Shown one piece after another: positions 8,068 to 15,581 of a DNA stretch of 26,533 nucleotides. Below the pieces are notes generated by a model that ran no database searches, was not told the DNA's origin, and saw nothing but the letters and a program-made list of their open reading frames with translations. A program made the translations under genes and the position numbers. The stretch is from Chthoniobacterales bacterium (GTDB taxonomy: Bacteria > Verrucomicrobiota > Verrucomicrobiia > Chthoniobacterales > UBA10450), in assembly GCA_049278515.1 (NCBI GenBank), contig JBAPMH010000453.1:1-26533 (forward strand). The letters are read 5' to 3'. Every line of letters begins with the position of its first letter. Position 1 is the first letter of the stretch.

Positions 8068-8099
8068 CTACTCGACGGTAACGCTTTTTGCGAGGTTGC
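8068..8099 (-). repeat. glmS 3'-end remnant, copy 1 (last 10 codons, NLAKSVTVE-stop)
   Basis: CTACTCGACGGTAACGCTTTTTGCGAGGTTGC versus the intact end CTACTCGACAGTGACGCTTTTGGCGAGGTTCC at 13523... The encoded peptide is identical with 3 synonymous differences. A few nt beyond the stop (GGGCCCG|CTA versus GCGGCCG|CTA) are also similar. Confidence 0.7.
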
Positions 8100-8262
8100 C
8101 GACCACGGTGGCGTACTTTTTTCACGATTCGCTTGTCAACTCTCAAAAAAAGTTGAACAAGGTGCTTTCTTTTCTGTAGGCGTCCGACCTACACTCGAAA
8201 AAGAAGCTGCGACAAAAGCAGCCTCTCTCAACTCGCCACCCCACCCCTCAAATCCCCAGCCT

Positions 8263-10011
8263 ATGAAAACCAGAGTCTTATCCCGGCTCGCTCGCGTCGC
8301 ATTTGTTCTCGCCTCGACCGCGCCTTTGCCTTTGTCAGCAGCACCCACTGCGACACCAAGTCCGGCTCCAACACCGATCTTCATTAAGCAGGGCGGAAAG
8401 TGGACACCTGACACCCGCAAGGACTTCTACAGCCGGGACCAAGGTTCGCAGATCATGCCGCTAAGATGGATGCAGGCGCTCAAACAGCCGGATGGTCAGC
8501 CCTTCCTGGCCGGCAGTCTTAGCCGATTTGGGTATCTACCGAACGAGGCGAGCGATCCCCCTGGGTTGCCGGTTGGTTTCACCGTCGCCAGCGGAAGCGG
8601 CGTCCGCCAAATCGGGCTGACCTGCTCCGCTTGCCATACACGCCAGATTGAGGTCGCCGGCAATTCCTATCGGATCGATGGCGGTCCGGCAATCGCCGAT
8701 GCCCAGAGCCTTTTCGCCGGCATCGACACCGCGGTGAACGCCGTCTTGAGCAGTGACACGGCATTCACGGATTTCGCTGTTGCGGTTCTCGGCCCGAACC
8801 CACCGCCGGATGAAAAGGCAAAGCTGCGCCAAGAAGTGGCCGCATGGCATTTGCGTTATCACACCCTGATGAAAGATGCATTGCCATCACCGTCTTGGGG
8901 CGTGGGACGGGTCGATGCCGTGGGGATGATTTTCAACCGGCTAACCGGCCTGGATATCGGCCCGCCGCCCACCTATCTTATCCCGGAGAATATCAAACCT
9001 GCGACCGCGCCGGCGCGCTACCCGTTTCTCTGGAATGCGCCGGTGCAGGACAAGACCCAGTGGCCGGGCTTCGCGGACAACGGCAGCAATATTCTGGGGC
9101 TCTCGCGTAATCTCGGCGAAGTCTATGGGGTGTTCGGCGCCTTTTTTCCCACAAAGTCCTGGTGGCGAGTGCTGGGAATCGATTACCTGGCCAATAATTC
9201 CGCTAACTTCGAGGGACTGAATGCCTTGGAGGAGCTGGTTCGCAAGATCGGGCCGCCGCAGTGGGCCTGGGAGGTAAATCAGCCGCTGGCCACCCAAGGC
9301 AAGGAAATTTTTGGGCGTACCACAGTGCAAGGCGGGTGCGTCAGTTGCCATGGGATAAAGCCTGGTGAAACGCGATTCCCCGACTGGAAAACATGGGCGA
9401 CACCGGTTTTGGACGTCGGGACCGACTCGAGGGAATACAGCATTCTTGGCTGGACCGTCAAAACCGGCGTCCTCGAAGGCGCGAAGATTCCCTTTCTGAA
9501 GGAGCGGCTGAAACCGGTCGATACCGCTTTTAATGTTCTGGGGACATCGGTTATTGGGTCCATTCTTCAGCATTATGTTCCGGTTCTGATGGACGAAAAA
9601 GCACAGCCGGAATCCAAGACCACACCACCGTCGCCGTTCACCCCGCAGACGGAGGACCTCAAGGGCGCGTTCAATCAACCAGTGCCGGGCGCTACTCCGT
9701 CCTTTGCCTACGAATCCAGAGTGCTCCAGGGAATTTGGGCCGCTGCACCGTATCTGCACAATGGATCGGTCCCGACTCTGGCCGAATTGCTGAAGCTGGC
9801 CGCCGAAAGGGTCGGTTCATTCAAGGTCGGCCCAGCCTACGACATAGTTAATGTCGGCCTGGCCGCCGAGCAGACCAAGTTCGATTATGTCATGCAGACG
9901 ACGGACTGTAGCGACCGAGATTCCGGAAACAGCCGTTGCGGCCATGAATACGGGACCAAGCTTTCGCCAGACGAGAAGAAGGCATTGCTCGAATACCTTA
10001 AGACGCTTTGA
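8263..10011 (+). CDS. Secreted di-heme cytochrome c peroxidase-like protein (RoxA/CCP-superfamily-like)
   Basis: 582 aa with an N-terminal signal-like peptide (VAFVLASTAPLPLSAAP) and two heme-binding motifs: CSACH (in GLTCSACHTRQ) and CVSCH (in GGCVSCHGIKPG). The PYLHNGSVPTLAELL motif resembles the PY(M/F)HDGS..TL motif of bacterial di-heme peroxidases. Confidence 0.75.
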   Translation: MKTRVLSRLARVAFVLASTAPLPLSAAPTATPSPAPTPIFIKQGGKWTPDTRKDFYSRDQGSQIMPLRWMQALKQPDGQPFLAGSLSRFGYLPNEASDPPGLPVGFTVASGSGVRQIGLTCSACHTRQIEVAGNSYRIDGGPAIADAQSLFAGIDTAVNAVLSSDTAFTDFAVAVLGPNPPPDEKAKLRQEVAAWHLRYHTLMKDALPSPSWGVGRVDAVGMIFNRLTGLDIGPPPTYLIPENIKPATAPARYPFLWNAPVQDKTQWPGFADNGSNILGLSRNLGEVYGVFGAFFPTKSWWRVLGIDYLANNSANFEGLNALEELVRKIGPPQWAWEVNQPLATQGKEIFGRTTVQGGCVSCHGIKPGETRFPDWKTWATPVLDVGTDSREYSILGWTVKTGVLEGAKIPFLKERLKPVDTAFNVLGTSVIGSILQHYVPVLMDEKAQPESKTTPPSPFTPQTEDLKGAFNQPVPGATPSFAYESRVLQGIWAAAPYLHNGSVPTLAELLKLAAERVGSFKVGPAYDIVNVGLAAEQTKFDYVMQTTDCSDRDSGNSRCGHEYGTKLSPDEKKALLEYLKTL

Positions 10012-10026
10012 TTGATCGTCGCCTGA

Positions 10027-10049
10027 CCCGCTTTCATTTACTAAGCGGG
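10027..10049 (+). terminator. Short hairpin after the peroxidase-like gene
   Basis: CCCGCTT (10027..10033) and AAGCGGG (10043..10049) around a 9-nt loop, 16 nt after the stop. GGGGTGTTTT lies further downstream. Confidence 0.35.
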
Positions 10050-10086
10050 GAAATGGCCGCTGGGGGTGTTTTGGCGCCGCGGACTG

Positions 10087-10653
<567 letters not shown>

Positions 10654-11039
10654 TCAAGTTTTGAACCGTTTCACGGATCGCGTCGTCTCGTTTCACGGGA
10701 TATTCGATTTTTCAATGAGGGTCATACCAAATCACGCCACTTCAATCAGGTTTGATTCGGTCCGCAGGGCATCGAGGATACAACCCACACCCGCCTTAGC
10801 GGGGCTCAGGCAATACGCCTTGCCGTAAGTCGAAGTCGCTGCCGCTCTGCAAGATTTCGCGAAATCCCAACTCACACGCTCGCTGCCAGATGCCGATTAC
10901 TTCGACGCATCGACAAAGATAGCAGACGATTTGTCTTGCCACAGTCCGCCGGTCGCTACCAAGATGTCATTTGAGTTTCATAAAGGATAGTTCATTACAA
11001 CGAGGCGAAGCATACCGGCAGCGGTTCACAATTGAAGTT

Positions 11040-11069
11040 TTGAAGAAAGGGACGAGAGTGTTGTGATAT
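11040..11069 (+). promoter_or_regulatory. Candidate sigma70-type promoter for the two-gene operon
   Basis: TTGAAG (11040..11045), an 18-nt spacer, then TGATAT (11064..11069), ~38 nt upstream of the ATG at 11108. This is a pattern match only. Confidence 0.25.
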
Positions 11070-11107
11070 GCTGACCTTCATTAAGCAGTGACAGGAGGAG
11101 GCAGGCG

Positions 11108-11443
11108 ATGGCGTCATTCAGGATTTTCGGGCCTTACGTTTTAGACCTCGGCACTCCAGGGCTTGCACCTGGTCGCCATCAGGACACTTTTTGGCTGGGG
11201 TGGGTTCCCCAACCTCAATTTGGCAAATTCACAGCTACCGTCACGAGCCACCCCGGGCCAGAGGTCCCAGGCTCAGAGGAAAAACTGGCACACAGGTTGT
11301 ACACTTCGACCGTCGTAGAATGGGTCCCAGTGGTTAGTCCGCCCCAAGTACGACTAGATCTCGTCATTCATGCACGGTTGTTCAACACGGGAACAATCCC
11401 GATCAGGACTGTTAATCTTTGTATCACCTTCATTGAGCTTTAA
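11108..11443 (+). CDS. Hypothetical protein (111 aa), first gene of a low-GC two-gene operon
   Basis: A strong SD AGGAGGAGG (11093..11101) lies 6 nt before the ATG. The region is visibly lower in GC than the backbone. I recognise no motif; the sequence looks beta-rich and Pro-rich. Confidence 0.6.
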   Translation: MASFRIFGPYVLDLGTPGLAPGRHQDTFWLGWVPQPQFGKFTATVTSHPGPEVPGSEEKLAHRLYTSTVVEWVPVVSPPQVRLDLVIHARLFNTGTIPIRTVNLCITFIEL

Positions 11444-11461
11444 CTTTTTAAGGAGGCGATT

Positions 11462-11704
11462 ATGCGCTTAACAGTAGTACACGACATTCAAGGCAATATA
11501 GCATCCATAGCTGCATCTCCAAAAGACTCACCGGTCATGTACGTCAAATTGGTGGCCGGGCAGCGCGTTGCTGAAATCGACGCACCGGAGCTGAAGCAAG
11601 ATTACGTCAGTGCGCATCTGAGTGAGTTAATCAAAGATCATCGGGTGGCGATCGAGCCGACTGGGGGCAAGCTTGTCAAGATAGGATCCGGGACAGCGAA
11701 ATAG
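11462..11704 (+). CDS. Hypothetical protein (80 aa), second gene of the operon
   Basis: SD AGGAGG (11451..11456) lies 5 nt before the ATG, and the start is 18 nt after the upstream stop. No recognisable motif. Confidence 0.6.
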   Translation: MRLTVVHDIQGNIASIAASPKDSPVMYVKLVAGQRVAEIDAPELKQDYVSAHLSELIKDHRVAIEPTGGKLVKIGSGTAK

Positions 11705-11889
11705 CCGTTCGCGTCGGAGACGCTCGCGCTGCACGATACTGAAATCTTGCTCGCTGAGCAGGAGGACGAGCATCGCGCACGATCTACGCACGCCACTCAA
11801 GACGGTTTCACTCCTTGTCGATCAACTGAAAGGCGAGTTTGAGGACAAAGGAGGCGCGGACTTAGCCGAAGTTTTCGAGATTGCCATAG

Positions 11890-12150
11890 GCGGTCATTCG
11901 CGCCGCTCGCAAGGCGCTGCGAAAGAGCTTTCCCACCGCCACGGAACTCGCTTGCGACAACTACAATTTCTTTGTGATTGGGTTCGGCCCAACAGAACGC
12001 CCTTCGGACTGTATCGTTTCCATCGCCGCCGTAGCAAATGGGGTCGCTTGGGGTTGCCCTGATTTGACGGACAGTGGGCAAGGGGTCAATCGTGCTTTCG
12101 CGGTACTACACGCGTTTTACGTCAGCATTGCGCCTGATGTTTCGCGATAG
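11890..12150 (+). pseudogene. DUF1801-like gene remnant (no start codon; probably frameshifted)
   Basis: The frame is open from the stop at 11887..11889 to TAG at 12148..12150, with no ATG. It reads AVIRAARKALRKSFPTATELACDNYNFFVIGFGPTERPSDCIVSIAAVANGV... This resembles, from memory, DUF1801/YdhG-like proteins (xxYDNYNxxxIGFxxxExxSDxIxSIA). The upstream part (~11810..11889) reads on in a different frame. The family assignment is tentative. Confidence 0.35.
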
Positions 12151-12166
12151 CGTAATTTGCAAATGT

Positions 12167-12200
12167 GAGATCCCTCGCCGTCGCGCAGCTCGGGATGACA
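12167..12200. repeat. Solo right-arm copy of the GTCATCCCGAGCG palindromic repeat family
   Basis: GAGATCCCTCGCCGTCGCGCAGCTCGGGATGACA resembles the right arms at 762..789 and 6460..6490. No matching left arm is nearby. It lies 24 nt from the stop of glmS remnant copy 3. Confidence 0.5.
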
Positions 12201-12223
12201 CGCAGTTTGGATGCCGCGGTAGC

Positions 12224-12485
12224 TCACTCGACGGTGACGCTTTTGGCAAGATTGCGCGGTTTATCGACGTCCCGGCCCAATTCGACGGCCATATGGTAGG
12301 CCAGAAGCTGGAGCGGGATTACGGTCAGGATCGGGCTCACGTAATCCGGAACGGGGGGGACTGAGATGATGTCGTCGGCGATTTTGGCCAGATGTTCTGA
12401 GCCTTTACCCGAGGTCACGGCAATCACAGGGCCCGGACTTGCTCGATGCTATGCAGGTTTTTAGAGAAGATGGCGTCATCCGATT
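12224..12485 (-). pseudogene. glmS 3'-end remnant, copy 3 (~260 nt, frame broken)
   Basis: The listed 67-aa ORF (GTG start) reads [66 protein letters not shown]. Nucleotide similarity to glmS continues upstream to about 12485, after a ~10-nt deletion near 12431 that shifts the frame. The stop is TGA here and TAG in the intact gene. Confidence 0.9.
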
Positions 12486-12503
12486 CCACGAGGGCCGGTT
12501 GGC

Positions 12504-13490
12504 TCAAGGACCGTTCTTGACCGCCTTGTTTGGTTCGCCTTTTCGTCGCGCTTTCATAATAGGCTCCGGTTTCGCCCATTCGCAGAACTCTGCAGCTGAG
12601 CTTTTCATCACGATAGCTGTAACGCCAGCAGCGAGCAGCGGAATTCCTATTTGGTAGTTACTAAATGCTTGTGAAATAGCCGTGGCGAAATAGGTCAGGC
12701 TGTATATTTCGGGAACCTTAGTCGCCCACATCTGGTAGATCGGACTCTTGGTGTCGCAGACAGTACGCCAACCAATTCTTTTCAGCAGGGCACCGACACG
12801 TCTGCCGAGTCCAAATGGGGATGTCGCTTGGTTCGGCGCAGGTAGGAATAGCCGGTCGCCGGATGAAAGCTGGAGTAATCCGTTGTTGCGAACGTCGTCC
12901 AAAAGATACACTGACTTCGCTGGCACTGCGCTCGCCAAATACTCATAGAGTTCCTCTTCGCTTTTGTTCTTCAATAGGAGAATCGCCGCGTTGTGAATCT
13001 CTTCGGGAATTAGAGGGCCCTCATTAGCCCCGATTAATTCCGTCAAAATAGCTTCCTCCTCAAAACGCTCGAAAATTCGTCTCTGCAGCAAGCGGCGCGT
13101 TTTGCTAGAGGAGATTTTGTTTAGATTCTTCAAAACCGATCGAAAATGGGCCTTCGCATCTGAGGTCTTTCTCTGACGGAGCAGTGCCACGGACAGGAGA
13201 AAGGTTGCTTCAATGCGGAGACGACCTCCGACGGGTGACTTCTCGCGAATGCTTACAAAGCCAGACTCGGCTACGGATACGTGATTGCTATCCAGCAGGC
13301 TTTCAAAATACCAGAGACGAGCCTCTAACATTCGGGGATGTTTCACACCGTAATCTGCTAGCAGTGCGTGAATCTCCTTTAGGGTCGCTTCGGCCTGAAC
13401 AATGTCGTGTCGAGTGCAAGCGTCTTTCAGCGTTCGCTCGAGCGGACGAAGTGATGCTAAATGACTTCTGCTTATGGGCTTTACTGCCAT
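12504..13490 (-). CDS. Orphan hypothetical protein (328 aa), immediately downstream of and co-oriented with glmS
   Basis: A long ORF in a lower-GC block. The ATG is 32 nt after the glmS stop, with no obvious terminator, promoter or SD between them. The N-terminal two thirds look alpha-helical. There is a hydrophobic stretch (IGIPLLAAGVTAIVM) near a basic C-terminus. I recognise no catalytic or family motif. Confidence 0.7.
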   Translation of the reverse strand: MAVKPISRSHLASLRPLERTLKDACTRHDIVQAEATLKEIHALLADYGVKHPRMLEARLWYFESLLDSNHVSVAESGFVSIREKSPVGGRLRIEATFLLSVALLRQRKTSDAKAHFRSVLKNLNKISSSKTRRLLQRRIFERFEEEAILTELIGANEGPLIPEEIHNAAILLLKNKSEEELYEYLASAVPAKSVYLLDDVRNNGLLQLSSGDRLFLPAPNQATSPFGLGRRVGALLKRIGWRTVCDTKSPIYQMWATKVPEIYSLTYFATAISQAFSNYQIGIPLLAAGVTAIVMKSSAAEFCEWAKPEPIMKARRKGEPNKAVKNGP

Positions 13491-13522
13491 TACGCCAAGA
13501 TCAAGGGTATGCGTCGCGGCCG

Positions 13523-15424
13523 CTACTCGACAGTGACGCTTTTGGCGAGGTTCCGCGGTTTGTCGACGTCCCGGCCCAATTCGACGGCCATGTGGTAGGC
13601 CAGAAGCTGGAGCGGGACTACGGTCAGGATCGGGCTGACGTAATCAGGAACGGCGGGGACTGAAATGATGTCGTCGGCGATTTTGGCCAGATGTTCCGAG
13701 CCTTTGCCCGAGGTCACGGCAATGACGGGGCCTTTCCGGGCCCGGACTTGCTCGATGTTGTTCAGATTCTTGGAAAAGACGGCGTCGTCCGGGGCGATAA
13801 ATACCGAAGGCAAGTCCGGCCGGACAAGGGCAATAATGCCGTGCTTGAGCTCGGCACTCGGATGGCCTTCGGCAAAGAGATAGGTGATCTCTTTCAATTT
13901 GAGGGCGGCTTCCACGGCGATCGGGAAGTTGAATTGCCGGCCGAAAAAGAGCATGCCGCTCACCGAGGCGTATTTTTTGGCGATGGCTTTGACTTGATCG
14001 CTCAGCTTGAGGACTTCCTCGATCTGCTCGGGCAACGCTTCCAAGGCGTCGATGATCCTGGTCCCTTCGGAAGTGGAGAGGTGACGCATGCGGCCGAGGA
14101 GCAATCCAACCGCGGCAAGAATGGTCACCTGAGAGGTGAAGGATTTGGTGGCGGCCACGCCGATTTCCGGCCCGGCATGCATGTAAACGCCGCCGTCACT
14201 TTCGCGTCCGACGGTGCTGGCGACGTTGTTGCAAATGCCGAGCGTGCGGTAGCCTTTGCGCTGGCTTTCGCGTAACGCGCCCAGGGTGTCCGCCGTCTCG
14301 CCGCTTTGGCTGATCGCGAAGACCAGCGTATCGCGGGTCATGGGAGTGTTGCGGTGGCGAAATTCGCTGGCGTGTTCTACTTCGGTCGGAATCTGCGCGA
14401 GCGCCTCGATCAGGTATTCCCCAATCATCGCCGCATGCAGGGCGGTCCCGCAGCCGGTCAAAACTACCCGGCCCACGTCGCGTAACTGGGCCGGCGTCAT
14501 GTTCAGGCCCCCGAGCTTGGCGGTGCATTCTTCGTGGCTAAGCCGGCCTCGCATCGCATCGCGGACGGACCCGGGCTGCTCAAAAATCTCCTTGAGCATG
14601 TAATGCGGGTAATCGCCCTTGTTGACGTCTGCGTCCGTGAATTCGACTTTGCTGAGCTGGTAATTGCCCCCCTCGCCGGCGACTGAGCTGATCTCGAATT
14701 TGTCGCGCTCAACCGCCACCACGTCGAAATCGTTCAAATACACCGCGTCCCGGGTGTAAGCGACAATGGCGCTGACGTCGCTCGCGAGGAAATTCTCCTC
14801 TTTGCCAACCCCGAGCACGAGCGGGCTGCCGCGGCGCGCGCCGACAATGAAATCGGGAATATCGCGATGGACGAGCGCAATTCCATAGGTGCCGATGACC
14901 TGGCGCAAGGCGGCGCGGACGGCATCAACGAGGCGTCCCTTCTTATTTGCTAAAACCGCGGCCGACCTGCCGTTCGAGCCCGGCGTAGAATCGGCTGTGA
15001 CCGACGCGTCGTAAAGTTTGCCGATCAGGTGGGCAAGGACTTCGGTATCGGTGTCCGAAGCAAAATTGTGGTCGCCGTCCCGAAGAAGCTGATCTTTTAA
15101 CGCCTGATAATTCTCGATAACGCCGTTGTGGACGAGCGCCAGTTTTCCGCTGGCATCGAAATGAGGATGGGCATTCTGATCGGTGGGCTTGCCATGGGTG
15201 GCCCAGCGGGTGTGGCTGATGCCGTAAGTCCCGGTGGGGGGATTGTCCGCCATGAGTTTCCCGAGGGCAGCGATCCGCCCGGCGCATTTGCGCGTCTCCA
15301 GGCGATCGCCATCCACGATCGCTACTCCCGCGGAATCGTAGCCGCGGTACTCAAGGCGGCGCAGCCCATCGAGCAGAATGGGCGCTGCTTCCGACCGTCC
15401 GACGTAGCCGACGATGCCACACAT
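13523..15424 (-). CDS. glmS: Glutamine--fructose-6-phosphate aminotransferase (isomerizing)
   Basis: From the internal ATG at 15424 it reads MCGIVGYVG (Ntn-Cys amidotransferase start), then two SIS domains and the canonical C-terminus [13 protein letters not shown]. The ORF-track start at 15517 adds 31 non-homologous residues. Confidence 0.95.
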   Translation of the reverse strand: MCGIVGYVGRSEAAPILLDGLRRLEYRGYDSAGVAIVDGDRLETRKCAGRIAALGKLMADNPPTGTYGISHTRWATHGKPTDQNAHPHFDASGKLALVHNGVIENYQALKDQLLRDGDHNFASDTDTEVLAHLIGKLYDASVTADSTPGSNGRSAAVLANKKGRLVDAVRAALRQVIGTYGIALVHRDIPDFIVGARRGSPLVLGVGKEENFLASDVSAIVAYTRDAVYLNDFDVVAVERDKFEISSVAGEGGNYQLSKVEFTDADVNKGDYPHYMLKEIFEQPGSVRDAMRGRLSHEECTAKLGGLNMTPAQLRDVGRVVLTGCGTALHAAMIGEYLIEALAQIPTEVEHASEFRHRNTPMTRDTLVFAISQSGETADTLGALRESQRKGYRTLGICNNVASTVGRESDGGVYMHAGPEIGVAATKSFTSQVTILAAVGLLLGRMRHLSTSEGTRIIDALEALPEQIEEVLKLSDQVKAIAKKYASVSGMLFFGRQFNFPIAVEAALKLKEITYLFAEGHPSAELKHGIIALVRPDLPSVFIAPDDAVFSKNLNNIEQVRARKGPVIAVTSGKGSEHLAKIADDIISVPAVPDYVSPILTVVPLQLLAYHMAVELGRDVDKPRNLAKSVTVE

Positions 15425-15460
15425 GACAGAGCGTGACACTAAGCCGTGACGGGCGCAACC

Positions 15461-15530
15461 GATGTAGAGGCGCTCGCCGCGGCGAGCGCCTGTTGTTCGG
15501 TAAGGCGCCTGGCACACGCGCCTCTACATC
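15461..15530. promoter_or_regulatory. Nested palindromes in the glmS/glgC divergent intergenic region (possible glmS leader structure)
   Basis: A 13-bp perfect inverted repeat, GATGTAGAGGCGC (15461..15473) and GCGCCTCTACATC (15518..15530), encloses a perfect 22-nt palindrome GGCGCTCGCCGCGGCGAGCGCC (15469..15490). The palindrome overlaps the left arm by 5 nt, so the two pairings are mutually exclusive. Confidence 0.3.
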
Positions 15531-15581
15531 AATCGGCGAAAATGTTTGATGGTTGCAGCGGCAATCTGCGTTAATTGATTT

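Noticed and set aside
8941-9759. 272-aa minus-strand ORF.
   Set aside because: It is antisense to the di-heme peroxidase-like gene, whose CXXCH motifs and signal peptide support the plus-strand frame.
11797-12081. 94-aa minus-strand ORF in cassette B.
   Set aside because: It is antisense to the DUF1801-like remnant reading on the plus strand, and has no SD and no motif. It is most likely non-coding.
12074-13663. Two + strand ORFs (12074..12364 and 13184..13663) share a near-identical C-terminal peptide (...F[IV]DVPAQFDGH[MV][21 protein letters not shown]), which looks like a duplicated protein family.
   Set aside because: The shared peptide is simply the antisense translation of the repeated glmS 3' end (intact copy and remnant 3). 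The sense-strand reading is canonical GlmS sequence, so these are shadow ORFs. They were a useful pointer to the repeat, nothing more.
13691-14275. 194-aa + strand ORF, plus other ORFs inside glmS (14256..14603, 15128..15436, 14196..14528, 14943..15287).
   Set aside because: They are antisense or out of frame within the clearly identified glmS coding sequence.
15425-15581. glmS ribozyme in the glmS 5' leader.
   Set aside because: I cannot recognise the conserved glmS ribozyme core in this ~155-nt leader. The known distribution is mainly Firmicutes and a few other groups. The palindromic element present is reported separately as an unknown structure. An Infernal scan would settle this.
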